64,000 nt of DNA from Catajapyx aquilonaris (lineage: Eukaryota). Position numbers and translations under genes: made by a program. Positions 47,601 to 62,000 of the stretch are shown one piece after another; position 1 is the first letter of the stretch, and every line of letters starts with the position of its first letter. The DNA is taken from NCBI GenBank assembly GCA_000934665.2, contig KZ537958.1, positions 62,001-126,000 of the forward strand. The letters run 5' to 3'. A model generated the notes under the pieces. The model ran no database searches and had not been told where the DNA came from. It saw nothing but the letters and a program-made list of their open reading frames with translations.

Positions 47601-48788
47601 GATGACCACGGAAGAAGAGGAAGCTTGAATCCCAGACTTGGCAAGCCAGCCCTAGCTGCCACTTCATTCCACTAAATCACTCTCACATTCTCTCTACTTG
47701 TCACAAACAGAGACACTACACTTTCGCCTGGCCGCGATTAATTTCCCCAGGCATGAGTTAAAGCCTCTCTTTATACACAACAAGTACCCTCGCCTATTGC
47801 ACACTTGTTGGGCCCGCAATGATTTTTCAATAGTTGGTTGATTTTGAGAGCCAATGGAATAGGATTTTTTCGAACACCTCGAGAAAGACCCACAGTTGTG
47901 GCTACCAAGAAAGGCGGTTAAATAATTGATGTTAAAATAGGGAGCAACGTTGGTATTGGATTTTCCTGTGGGGTGTCCAGAAGGCTTGGAATGGAAGGAC
48001 AATGTAATGGGGGATATTTGACAGTTGACATACAGCGAGCGGGGCAGAATGAAAGCCCAGGCTCTCTTGATTTGGAAAACCCGGACGCCTCTGAATTTAC
48101 TGCTCCACATCTGGCGCAGCTCATCTACAAACGGAGCGGCAGTTATAATGTCCCCCCCTCTTAGCGTGGTCATTTGCAAGCTATTTGGATCCGGCGGGTG
48201 AGAGAGTTGGTTTTGGCACGTTCCGACGGGCGACAGTCGATCCTCCGGATTTTGCCAACCGTCACTCTGCATCTCGGTTATGAGCACATTTCAAGCTGGA
48301 ATGCAAAAATATTTTTTGGCAAATCTCACTGCTCTCCCATCAATTTCGAATGTATTCATGGCTGTCGAAGAGATTCGCCTACATTAAAACTCCATACGAG
48401 TCTATTTATGCAGAATCAGGCTGCAGGTTGCATCGATTGGACTTTAAAGGTCACGAGGGTCACGAGTGCGCAGATATATTTTGGACAGTTTAAAACGATC
48501 AAGATTGCTGGACCGTCGACAATGCATTTAGCTGCTGTGGTAACAATGCGTTTTTGAACATATTCTCATCAAAAAAATGTTTTATAGAGCGGCTCTGTCC
48601 GTCTGTGGACAGGTATCAGGACCTAAACAGCATGAGATACCGACAAACTATTTTCGGATTCAGATTCAGTGGATTGGTTTCATTGTCAGCTTCCCAGGTT
48701 TCCGGGTTCACTGGATCCGCTACGGTCGAGTCTACATGATTTTAAAATTATTTTCCTTATAGGTTACTCGGCAACGAGAACTGAGACT

Positions 48789-48915
48789 ACTGACAACATT
48801 CTATGTCATTGTTGTCCAGTTAGAATTTCCTTGGCAATAAGAAAAAGTACACTCGAATCGCGCCCATTGCCAAGGAAATTCTAACTGGAAAACAATGACA
48901 TAGAATATTGTCAGT
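48789..48915. repeat. Long inverted repeat: 50-bp arms, 2 mismatches, 27-nt spacer
   Basis: 48789-48838 is the reverse complement of 48866-48915 except at two positions. Confidence 0.92.
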
Positions 48916-51900
48916 GATTTGCCAATCTGGCTAACTGGCCAACTTATCGTATCGTTTTCGTTCACGGTTTCGTTTTTGGGTCAAACACTATGAGCGACGA
49001 GCCAGATAAAGAGCTGGCTGCTTGCGGGGGCGCTAATCGTATTTTCCTCGGCAATTTAACCGGGGCTTGCTCTTCCAGTTGTTATTTCTCAAGAGATTGC
49101 ACCGCGTGCAGTAAGCCGGAGATAATTCGACGCTAATTTGAGTTTACGTGAGAATTAAGCAGAGAGCATGTGTGAGAGGCGGGGGTGGGGGGTAGTCTGA
49201 AAACACAATGCTCTCTCTGTCTGATTTTCTCTTGTCACCTGAAATTCCAGGCGTACTCTGGCTTGCACGACCCGCAGCACTCGAATTCTGCTCTTTGAAG
49301 TTGGAAAACGGCAAGTTGCGCATTTTCATGGTAGGACGGTGTACCGGCAGCCTGGAATCTCACGCTCACTCTATAGAACCGGACATGCGGTACACAAAAT
49401 GTGCAGTGAATTTTTCAAGCTTGTGCCAACCCGTTTCCTTCCAGTTTTTAACGTATTGTATAGTCGAGCGCAACTGGTGGCCACTTCGATAGAACCGGTC
49501 TCACAAAAAAAAATGTGTGATTTATATACCTAGCTCGGGTCGATATAGAAATTATTAATAAATTTTTGGTGGTAATTTCCAAGCTGCTGTTTGCTTTGCA
49601 GTGTATAGTTTGCGGTTTCAAGCTCGAAACACAGCATGTCGACAACAAAGGGCAAGGAGCAAAGCTTAGAAATTTTGGACTATGAAGCAACATTGAATGC
49701 AGACTTGCGGTGTGAAAATTTTCAGATCCCCCCTAGACATTTGAAAATCTGGGAAGCTCTCAAACTTTTCCAATTCTGGTGCAAGTCTGCTCTCTCTCTC
49801 TCTCTCTCTAAAGAGAGAAGGGTCTCTCACAGGGGGCTTCCCCATGTGATTACACTCCCCTGATTTCCGATGCTGCTGCCTTGCCTTCATGCCCCTCATC
49901 CGCGGAAAGTTCCTGCGGGTTCTTGCTTGCTGGTTAATAGAGTTGGAGGCAAATTATTCCCGCTGCAAGGGGCGCAAAATGGGCGGCCGTCTCGCACAGC
50001 TTCTCTTCTCTACGGCTCCTAATTACACTCTAGGACCACCTTACGAAGCTCGGCTATATAATGATCACTTCTACTGTGCGATGGGGGAGGACTTTTACTT
50101 GGGAAGGGATATAGTCGACGATTTGGACTATACTGTGTTATGAGCAGATGTTTCTTTGGTCAACTGTGCTGCGCATAACTTGTATCTAAAAGACAGCCTG
50201 ACATTCCTGAAATATACAGTGTCGCATTCTTCACTCGGCATAAAAGCAACTGAAAATGTTCATTACAGTAAAGTATGCCCATTATGGACTTCTTGGCTCG
50301 CAGGCTACAGAGTCTCACATTCTGAATCTCTTGCGGTGTGCCGCTCTGGAGTTCGTTACCCTCACAATAATGTATCGCTCGGGCGTACCTTCTGTTTCAT
50401 GGTCTTCATCTCTGAATTTACATCTCCATGCTCATTTGGCCAGGGTTTAAATCCAGACTCGAGTACCATTTTTACATATATGTTTGGAGAAATTTCAGTG
50501 CAGGTGACAAGTCTGTACATTATTTAAAAGGCAAGGTGGATAATGCGTGGGGGAAATGTGCGTATGTAGAGAGAAAATTGTTGTGTATCCGGCTAGGGTG
50601 CTGCAAGTGCACTTGTGCCTGTCCGTCCGTCCCCTGCATGCACGCGTTGCTACAATTATATCCGAGTCCCTTGGGACACGCTTCGAACACGCGAGTGTTG
50701 TCCATAATACATTGTTAGCGAGTGCGACCCAGGCTGTAACATGGCGCGGCCGGAGAGATCACATCTACTCTCAAGCGCTTCGAGGGGGGTTTGCAAGTGG
50801 CGGGATCATTAATTAATATTTGTATATAATTATACCCCGCAGTTTATTATTAGCTGATAATTAATAGTACTAGGCGCTCTGGAATATTGCTAATTCCAAT
50901 AGGCGTATCGCGTATGCAGTGATCATATCTTAAAGCCTCCTTGACACCAGTTCATTAATTTTGCAATGTGTAAGAATCACTCTAACTATAGAAAAAGCTG
51001 CATATTTTTTATACTAGAAACTGCTGGTCACTCATGTCACTTTTGAACATAATACTCAAATTGTGGCAACCGAAGCTATTATAGCTGTTAGTTTTTTCAA
51101 AAGAACCACAGCACGGCACTAACGAGTAGTGTGAATGTACCAGCAGCATCGGCATTGCCAGTATACTAAATTTTGTCAGTCATGTAGGACGGTGTGAGTG
51201 CTTTTGAAACTTGTGCAACTGGAATTCAATTAGTGTCATGTTGAGAGTCGAGAGCAGATGTAACTGTAAGCTGTTTCCATATTCCCTTCATGGGATCGCG
51301 TTTCCACGAATTGCTGATATTTGTCCCGTTTCATATCAAGTCGCCTAGTATTTACACGTAGACCCTACCATTTCATAATTGGCTTTTGTTGCCTAGGAAG
51401 AGGGGCAAGGAGGATTAGTGATTTCGCATTGCTAGAACTGGAAATATTACTTTTCCTCTTGGACAATCAAAATTTGTCGGCTTTCTGTGATGAACTATGA
51501 ATGTATGGACTATTGCAGTAGACCCATTGATGACTAGTTTTCCAGGTTTCATATTTTGTATTACTGTAGTAGTGTAGTACTGTACATAGAGTACAGAGCA
51601 ACCATTATATTAGTAGTCAGGCAAGCTTCGTTGCACAGGAGATAAGAGAAAATAAACAATCAGTTTGAACTGGTATTTTTAAAATAACAAAACAAATTTA
51701 CATAATACTATGGTAGGCATATTCAAAATCATAATGTAATCATAACACTCAAATACTACTGTGCATAACTAAAATATGTACACGGTATTGTAGAAACATT
51801 TCCAGACTTCCCTTGAACATTGATGAATATTTCACTCTTAAACAGAATGATTTAGAACTATGATTGCGTATAGCCTATGTATGTGGAATATGGTATCGCG

Positions 51901-54900
51901 TGGGACCCATAATTCAATGGGCTTGGTTTGATTTTGACTCGATTTCTTTGCTGGTATGACATTTTAACTCACACTGCATTGATCATGCACACTTGTACTG
52001 TACATACTATGTGCACAAAACCACAGTTTTGCGTGTATTGCTCTATTTACTAAGCCTATAGTTGTTGTTGGCCATCCTAAAATAGTAGTTGATGAATATT
52101 CCGGACAAATTTTGCCTAGAAAAAAGTGAGTTTCGGGCAGCAAGTAACGTTTCGCATAAGCAATTGCGATACTGGCTACTAAGGGAATTCCTCATAATTG
52201 ACCAGAAGGCTGCGGCTCATTAATTCCCGCAAATTCCTTTCATAAAAATGGGAAAACTTTTAATGAGATCCTCCGAGGGTGGCAGAATTCACAATTTTTC
52301 CCCCTCACTCCTTCACAGTGGAGCTTTCTTTTTTTTCAACCCAACTTAGCTTCCGGAGAGAGAGTTGATCTAACTCCTTTATGAACTGCTTTTCGTGCTA
52401 TCTAATCAGAGTTCCCCTGAGAACGATTTGTCTTCATTGATGCCAAAAGCAGACCAAGCCCGACTCACGAGTGCCTGTCGCTTCTATACATACCGGACCA
52501 CCTCCCTCTGAAAACTTTTTCTTAAATATAATACCAAAAAAAAGCCCTCGCCCTTTAAAAACTCATATTCAAATTGCACCACGCAGTTCGTCATAAACGT
52601 TCCCCCGTAATTTCTCCAATTATGAATTTTGTGGCGCGGTTCATGCTTTTTGCCCGACCGTTGGCGCGTAAATAAATTTCCGCTCAGCCAAGTTCTAATA
52701 ACGGCATAAAAGTATTCATGGTGGTACATATATGAGAATAAGAGCGCTGTTAAATTCCTCACGGCCACCGGAACTGCTCCGAGTAATGTGTATGTGTCCG
52801 TGAGCATAATCACACCTTTGGCGAGCCATTCGAGTTGTGTAGCACCACTTTCCGCATTAAATGTCCTCCATTTCTCCATAGTCGGGTTTAGTGGGCAGTA
52901 GGAAACTTTCATTGCTCTCCTTATGACCCTCACTAGAGCAACAAGAATTGGCGCTCGACTTGGGGACCTATACTCACCCCCAGCTTCACGGTATTTTGCT
53001 GGTATGGACTCGGGAGAATATTTGAAGAGATCATCATCAGTGCTTCATTTGCAAAAAAAATAGTAAGTGTTGCGAAGCACTGTTACACCAGAAATTGATA
53101 GACTAGGCCCCTACACGAAAAGAAGTTGCAAAATTTTTGTCGCACCAAAATCTTATTGTGGTTGTTTATGGACAATACAGGCTTGTTTGTGAGTATAAAA
53201 AGTGCCGAATTTTGTTGAAATAGTTTGTGAATAGGAACAAAACTAGCCGTAAATAAATGTTGTTTCCGATACGCCTAAAACACGATGCAAACATGAAGCA
53301 ACAATGATTGGTAAATATGTGATGTTGTTTCCACGTTCAGTAAATTTTAATTCCAAACATCGTCCTACTGCGAACAAAATTGCTGTATAAAAGTTTTGTA
53401 GCGGAAAATTTAATGTTTCAGGTCTCATTAATATGCGTATATACCTATCATTAGGGGTTGGTGTCATAACACATTAATTCATCTGACCACTTTCCTGATT
53501 CTGGATTTTTTTGTAGGAAAGTTTGTAAAAAGTACTTCAACAATTTGGTGTGGAAGGGACACTGCATTACCTCCCGATATCTCCATAATGTTTCTGCTTG
53601 CACATAAATGTCAAGTAACCAACCGCACATGTAACTATATCCGAACTCATCTGGGCGTCCCTGTTCCTGAGAACATTACGTCCCCCCGATTCACTTCATT
53701 TTCCTCCCAAAGTTCTGGGTAACTTTTCAAGATGCCAATCAGCTTAGAGAAGAGCCTTTCTTTACTCGAAGCATTTCAAACTTGATCCGACAATAGCTCC
53801 GAGAATTTCGTCGAGGCCACTCTTTTAAATCCTTTCCGAAATTAATGCGCTTAGTTCATCGCACCTTTCTATGCAAACGGCTCATACTCGAAAGGCCCGG
53901 CTTGACAAACGGATGCAGTTGGCCCCGCCCGGTTTCTTATAGCCTACTTGAATCCCCAGTAACAAAAGCGGCGATTGCTGAAAAAAAAGGAGAGCTGAAA
54001 GTTCCAAATGCCATTGCACCAACTCAGTTTTTTTGTCACGATCTTTTCAAATTTTCTTGCAAAGCAGTCTGGATCAAATGTGAGGACTTGTGTAAAAAAA
54101 TTCGATGTTTTGACTCTTCTAGTCAGTAAATTGGAACTTTGGCAATTATTATTGAAGTGGTTTATTTGTTGAAAGTCATGGAGGTCAGTGTTACGTCAGT
54201 TCCAAGTTTTGGCTATGTGCCCTAGGACCACGTGGATCTAGGCCTAGCTAGGCCTGTCTTGGCTAGTTGTCACAATTAGTGACAAAACAAGTCTCATTAA
54301 CGTTTGAAACTGTCAATATTCGTACCTGACAAAGAAAGCGGTGTGTTTGAAGTTCAAAATAGTGCTAACTAATTCATCTAACAAAATCGATCGGGGCATC
54401 ACAAATTGGCCCACGTTGACCTGCAAGTGACGGTCCGTTCTCAGCCCCCGGACACCTCACCACAGCAAATTAATTAATTTTTTCACACTATCGATCCGTT
54501 TGCATAATACACCGGCTCTGGAGCACCCCTGACTTACTACCTTAATCAAAGTTGGGAGACTGCGTGTTAATGACCGCGCAAATATTATCACGGCGTGAGG
54601 CAAGGCAGAATCCCCTCGGGCCACACCTAGTTGCCATATTGTTTGCAAGTAGGAGTAATTAGCGATGGTGGAATGCAGGGCGAGTCCACTCCGTCTGCTC
54701 GGCAAGACAGGATTCCGGATCCAAATGAATTTATGAGCTCCCACAGCCATAAATTGGGGCCAGCCAGATCCCTGTTTCTGGGGAGGACAAGTCTGATGCT
54801 GGGGTAAGGCTATCAGGAAAGTGCTGGAGGGTGAAAGTAGAGGAAGCTGGAGACTATAGGGATATCCCCTGGCGGCAGGTAAAAACCACTTTTGCGCAAG

Positions 54901-57900
54901 ACTAAAGAAGGAAGCTGCTGGGAGTAACCTAACACAAAAAAATATGATGGTGGGCATCATCGCTTCAGAAAAGGCGACATCCACTTTCTGAGTTGACGGT
55001 GGAGATGGGATGGCATCGTCGAGCGGTGGACAAATAGTGCTCTTCTACTTGGCCAGGTTGAGTTGTGGGATTAAAGGGAGGATACAAAATCACCTAATGG
55101 ACCGGGGGTACCACAAAAGGGAAGGTGCAGTCACTTTTTTCGATGGACGCGTTATTCAGCTTTAGGGCATTTCAAAAAGTTGGGCTAGATTTGTGCCCGA
55201 TAGTCATGGGAATTATTGCTGGCTTGCATGTGGGTATTGATGTAGTATGAAAGCAATTTTACTAATGGAAAGGTGTTTCGGTTTATATCCGAGCGCTTGG
55301 GATAATTGTGATTTTATCACGACAAAGTTTTTGTCTAACGATGTCTATCGATAACATTTTAACTATGTTTTATCAAAGTCCAGACGACTACTTAGGCTCT
55401 GACTCAACCACTGCCGATAGAGACAGACAGCAGGTTCATTTCCTCCATTTTATATGTCAAGAGGTGAAGGCAGTAGTAACTCGATAATGGACATAAAAGT
55501 GAAAGAGTCTGCAAAAGATAGGCTTTTTGCTTTTTGTACAAGGAAATCCATTTCCCCAAAAAGGTGGTTTTGCCGAGCCATTCAAAACCTTCGACTTTTT
55601 TACAACACTAATCGCGACATTTCCCTGCGAAGTGCAAGTGACGTGACTCAAATGTAGCCTAAATGTGTCTCGTACCTTAACAGCTCAATGCAATTATAAT
55701 AGACCCTACAGTACTAATTCTGCAGGTATCGATATATAATTAATTGATTAAATTATGCTTGACAGCGATTACTGAAGCTTTTGCTGTACAGGCAACTGTG
55801 CCAAAGCAATGTGATCATAGATTCATTATCATTAAGGCTCGTAAAACCGGGGTATCTGTGATGTCTGACAAAACTGGGTTACACCTGTAGGGTACGTACC
55901 AAGGTATCAGGTGACAGGTACACCTACTAACCTAGTGTGTACTTATATCAGAGTAACGTAATATCTCGTCACTTGAGTTGTTGAGTGTGCAACATGATTA
56001 CAGTATGCTGGACCGACACACCCATTGCTGCATACAGTTTACATGGATTTATGAGTCAAGCTGCCGCACGAATATCCGCATACAAACGGGTATACCAATC
56101 GATATCCGATTGTCAATAATAAGCAAGTATATCCATAGGTTAACTGACATCGGTTTGTCGTAAAAGATGATCTAGATACATTTTTGCATGAAAAGCCTTA
56201 TTTTGTATGTCATAACATAATACATCCAAAGAACTGTTCTTTGTGTTACGTAAAATTATTCGAAACTGAATTATTCAGCCAAGTTCTGGTATGTAAGAGA
56301 AACTGCTGCAGCGCAAATCATCTTCTTCGTGGGATACGGCAAAATTGTCAATTGCCGAATTTTTGTTATGTCGCGATGAATGTTTCTGTAGAATAAAACG
56401 GCCACTTTTGTTTAATAATAAAGATTTTTTTGGAATATTCGCTGCAGACTGGCTCCACTGCATTAGGTACAATTGTGTTACGATATTGAATTCACGTGTC
56501 AAGTCAATTCTGATTTACCCTGTACATAGTCAAGCAGACTCATGCATAAAAAACTCAGCTCATCAATAATATTGGCCTATTAATTAGTCTCGTACATAGA
56601 TAGTGAATTATGGGCATAATCACATTCAACTTGTCATCAATTTATTGACCCTGCTGGGTGGACAGTGGCACCAAGTTGTCTAACCGCAAAAGTTGCGCAT
56701 CATTTTTCAGCAAGTTCTAAGAAAATCAACTATATAGTGGCTAATATTTGGCCTAATCAGGTTGCTGGGGGTAAACTATTTTTTTGACTGTTGTACTGGG
56801 GACTTGGACAGTGTAATTAGCAAGTCTTTATATCGAACAGGGGTTTCATTATCTAGGCGGTAATTTTTTATCGACTATACCTGCCGGCATATACCCATAA
56901 CAATATTTTAACCTAGCATTCAAATAAACAAAGAGTGCAGCTCTCAAACCGCAACAAGAATCGAATTCGCACTGACCAAAAAAAAGCAGTGACAAACGTG
57001 CATGAGCCAGGGCATGCTAATTATTGTAATTAATTGCAGTCGGCAAGCGTTGTCATCTAGAGAGAGGCATAGACCCAGGCAATCGAAACCCTAGCCGCGA
57101 ACGATTAATCTATTCAGGGCGGCGTGCGTAATACGAAGCGCCATACTTGTCTATGGGTATTGCGAACAAAACAGCGCCATTTCTCATTTGGTGGCTCCAA
57201 CTATGAATACACCATCCCCCAGTCATGATGAAGAAAATCCTCTCTGTTCAAAGCTCAGATTGATTGATGTTTAATGCACTAATCCCATGGAGAACTCGTC
57301 TTAATTCACGCCCATGTGACAAAAGGTGTGTATTGTACAGATCAAATTCATTGCATTGATTGGAATTCATTGTCAATTTATATGGACAGAAAAGCTGGGT
57401 CTGCATTCCAGCCTCCTTTCATTTTACCATATACCTTTTCCATCCTCTATACAGCCTGCTCGGATCGTTTATATTCTGCGCAATATCATTGAAATCCAAG
57501 GAAGCAGATGGTACTATTGAGCGGAAGGGCCTTCGGTATAATATGAATCTGGAATACTGACGTTGCATATACAACGACACTGTTTTTTTGTGTGGCTTGG
57601 AGTACTCGGACATGAATTCCGCGCGAATATTGGCACATCATAGCATCATTATTTTGTTGTCCATAGAATGAGGCAAAGTCTGTGCAATTAAACTCATACC
57701 TCCAGTTGGTAGATTAGCCCACGGATGTTCACGTCTCTCAACAGATCGATATTTCTCGCTCCTTTTGTTCGGCCACGAAGCAGCTTGTGGGAAGAGGCGT
57801 CTTCAAGAGAAGTCCTTTTCGCTTTGAAGCAGACCGACCGAAGGCTAATCGCAGCTAACCATCTTGATAAAACACGCGCTTTCCTAGGGCACGGCAATTA

Positions 57901-58215
57901 ACCTTCAGCTTTGAGGTTTCTATCGCCCAAGTGCGACTGAATCTCTGGACGTGTACACGCTGAGGGGTGAGAGACGTGTTTTGAAGCGACTGAGGTTACT
58001 GTGTGCTGAGACCTCAAGTGCTTACTACAGTCTTACTTAACACGCGAGACAGAAATGCCAGAAGTGGTTTCTCGGAGCTTTGGTTATTACAGTGCTGTTC
58101 GTGACACTGATTTTACCAAGTGTCGCAAATTGGTCGCAAACAGCATTTTAAACAGTGCAGTTGAAGGCAATATTGCATGCAGGGTATCGTAGCAAGACGA
58201 GAGCACTACAAGCTT

Positions 58216-58241
58216 TGACGTCACTAGCAATAACGTCAGTT
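58216..58241 (+). promoter_or_regulatory. Candidate promoter: CRE palindrome TGACGTCA plus arthropod initiator TCAGTT
   Basis: TGACGTCA 58216-58223 and TCAGTT 58236-58241, upstream of the leader exon at 59029. Confidence 0.35.
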
Positions 58242-59028
58242 GTTTGGACTCTTTGGAGTGCATCCCATGCTACGAATGAAGGTGTTGCCTGTGCCTGTGC
58301 AAAGGACTAGGAATACTGATGAAGAGCAATCAAGTGAGTTAGACAAGTGAGCAAAGCGCAAGTACATGCAATTAATCTGCCATTGCAAAGTCATTGGATT
58401 CGTCCTAAGGTGTTTTGAAAGGAGGCTTGGAATGTTGATGAAGAGGGCCAGGGGCATCAAGTGGTTAGGCTCCGAGTGATTACAGAGCAGAGCACGTCTT
58501 GTGTGGATTCCATAGAGCGGAGGAAAGCTTCCGTGCAAGCGGTAGTGGTCGTGTCATTAGTGTGGGCTCCCACATCTCCATCCATCCATCAAGGGGTGTC
58601 GCCATGGAGTCTGCGCTCTAACTCCGGGGGAATCCGGGGGGGTATACTCCACAGCCAGCCTTTCCCCGTATCCCACAGTGCAGCCGGCCGCCTTCTAGAG
58701 CACAGGCCCACCCTCGACATTCCAGTGGGTGCCAGATATCACGTGCTGTCAGTGCAAAAATATTTCCATTTTTTGACATTGTGGTGAAGGGATGGACCTG
58801 CTTGAACTGTTCCTTTGAATAACGATGCGACAGGTCCCAGACATCTTTTATCCCAGCTTGGACTGGCAGATCCGGGACCTGCCTCTTGAACCACAAGTGC
58901 GGGCGAGTGGAACTCGGAAGGGTTAACAATCCGGACACCTTTTTTTTTAAAAAAAAAAATATTGGCCGGCGGCTTGTCTCCTTCTCCACCGAGACTTCCT
59001 GGTGACAGAGCTCGACAAAAGGCCCGCG

Positions 59029-59092
59029 ATGAATATGGACGGTTTGACGATGGGCCTCCGACTGTGTTTCCTCTTGGTGCTGACGCAGCCAG
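59029..59092 (+). CDS. First coding exon (signal-peptide-like leader) of an unidentified downstream gene
   Basis: ATG-initiated MNMDGLTMGLRLCFLLVLTQP followed by a strong phase-1 donor CAG/GTAAGC. Confidence 0.6.
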
Positions 59093-62000
59093 GTAAGCGT
59101 GAATTATTCGGATGCTACAGGTATATGTGTGGCAGCCTCCAGGGAGATTCTCACGTGTCGTGTGCTCCAGTTGATTAAGGGCGTTGACACTGTGTGTGTA
59201 ATACGCCCATGTGACGAAAGAGCGTCATTTACACAAGGTTAAACATTGTTGCTAAAAACCGGTTTTATCACGTGCATATTTACAATTTCGGAATTTTTAC
59301 TTATTTTTCTGATAATACAACCGGATTTAAATAGAATGCTATAAAATTTGTTAAACCGGTCCTGCTGGTGTGTCGCTAGATAAGATAGAACCGAACATGT
59401 TTTTTTCTTCTTCAAACGTTTGTACGGTGCGCTGCTCTAAACTGGTTCAAAGATGAAAAGGGCCGCTTGTACAACATATTGCGCAAAATGTTATCCGGAG
59501 CAAATATTTCCCCGTGTAAGTGCTGCAAGTTTACATATCGTGATGCGATGTACAGGCGGACATATGAGCAATATTAATGCGATTTGCTTTACACAGTGGG
59601 GTACCCCCCAGCAAGCAATGACCGTTTGGTGAGTACTGTACATGGTGAAAATGTTTGCCAGTCTCATACTATTTGGAAGTTGACAAAAATTAAATATAGG
59701 ACGCCCCAAAAGTGGTGCGCTAAAAGCTAGACGTTTCCGGAAAATAAATGGGCCTGCAATGTTCATATATCTTCCAATGAGCCATAACTCATATGGGGGT
59801 TTCCTTGTGCATAAAACCAAGCGTTTCACTCTCAGATAAAACCCAGCGCAGATTTGCTCCTTTCCTCGCCCGATTCCCAATTTGTTGGGGGTCCTGGGTT
59901 CCACTAATTCCAAATGTTTTAATTCTCTTTTTTTTAAGGCTCCCTGATACCGTATTGGTATGCGCTCGGAGGGGAAACCTAATCGGTTAACTTGAGAGAG
60001 CACTAAAGTCGTGTCCAAGGACCATGAATACCTATTCTGGATCTCAGCCCGCCCCATTATCAAGCCTTGGAAGGGTGTCCTTTTTCACTCGCAGCACGCA
60101 AAGCTCCCACGGCAGACAGGAACCGAGTTGGGAATGTAATGGATTGCTTCAGGCAGAAACTGTGAAAGGCTCGCCAAATATACTTGGAACCTAATACTTC
60201 TCTCTAATTGCCCTTACTCCGGGTTTAATACTACCCAAGAAGGGGAAAAAAATATATGGGGAAGGCAATCTGAAACACACAAGCTGCAGGGTTTATTAAA
60301 AAACCGGGCCCTGAAGGATCGTGTTGAGGTTGTGGCGCTTGTGTGTTCACAAGCCGAGAGCAAAAGCGTGATCTTGAGCCACAGCGTGAGCGAGAAGCTA
60401 ATTCTCGCAACTAACTCCTAATGTCGTTAGAATAAGTTCAGAATAGTCTACGTTCAATATAGTGCCAAATTTTAGGTCCTAGGCTATAGCAAAAATGTAG
60501 TGCAGAATATGGGTGAAAAGCGAGTGCGCTATTGAATTATGCATGTGCAAGAGTGCTCAGAAACTGGGAATGAAGAGAAGCGCATGACCGAAGCCGAATA
60601 ATATAAGGCACCTTTTATGCAGTGTACCTGAATCTGAAGCCTTGTTGTGGGAGGGGTGGTTGGTTTTTAGTAAAGGAAAAGCGGACAGCCCCAGAGTCGA
60701 GTGTGTTTCTATGGGCTCGTGTGTCTAAGCCTCCAGAGTATACGTATTATATGGACACAAAGTAATGCTGAGCTGCATGGAGCACATTGTCCTTACTTCT
60801 GCCCTGTAATTAATTCTCATACACTACTCATTCAAGTTGAATAAGAGCGGGGAGGGTCCAGTATATAAGAGACTGCTGGCTTGTACAGTACATTCAGTAC
60901 CGGAGCAGGCCTTGCAGCCCTTTTCAAGTTAATTACCATGCTTTGATTACTGAATTGGAACACTCGACAAACTCTCACACCCGTTTTCCTCCCTGTTGCA
61001 TTTGATACCCGAGCGAATCAAGCAGCTGACCTGCCTCCCTTCAAAAAAAAAAGAGCTCTCGAAAACACCCAAGTAATCTTTATGTGGTTCCAACACAATC
61101 CGTCTCTGTCAGGCGAGGCATTCACCTTTGCAGAAAAAAAACTTAGTTTCTACATCTCAACCACTCAGAAAGCAATGTTTGTTCAGATATATACGAGTGT
61201 TTGTTTCATTCCCAGTTAATTCCAGTGTTTTTTTGGAGTAGAGTGTAGAGACAGTGTGTGTAGGAGAGGAGACATTAGAGCAATCAACCGGGGTTGACAT
61301 TAGTGACAAGCGCCACCCAATGGGATTGCTTCGTCGCATCAGATTAATTCGGTTTTCTCTAACCATTTTGTTCCGGTTATAGTCACCTGAATTCAAGTCG
61401 AGCGGATGTTATTTGCATTTCTATATCTGGAAGCAAGGGCTTTGGCAGATGCAATTCCATAACATCTCCAATGACTTTTTTTTTCTGCTTAAATCCCAGA
61501 GAAACGGGCGGCGATCAATCTTATTCTTATTATTCCCTGAAATTGAAGTTTAAAGTGCATCTCACGGCCCGCTGATCCCTTCCCGAGATTGCGGCCGGAT
61601 TTCGCCCCCTCATATTTTGGTAGCACCGTCAAAGGAATGTAATTAAAATAGAGCTCTATTCTAGTTATTCCCCGGGACCAAGCTGGAAACCCCCTTCTCT
61701 TTTATCGTGCGTGTGTTGCGCATCCGAAGTAATGCTCATCGATGAACATAATAAGGCTTCCAGAGGCCAGGCTTCTGAGGATGCTCTACGTGAGCTGGAA
61801 CCTACAGTATACCGGAAATACTACACCACGTTGTATGCAAATTTTAACAAACATATGTGAATAAAATGCATAATGTTGCAAAACTACGTTAGGCAGAAAT
61901 ATTGGTTAGATTTTTATGAATTTATGCATAGTTTGTTCAGGTCAAAAATAATAACAAATGTGGGTTGTCACGTTTTCCCCCTCATTTGAGGCTAAATATT

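Noticed and set aside
47694..48287. 197-aa minus-strand ORF (and similar ORFs at 54457-54984 and 59491-60063)
   Set aside because: No recognisable domain or transposase motifs, and no supporting exon structure.
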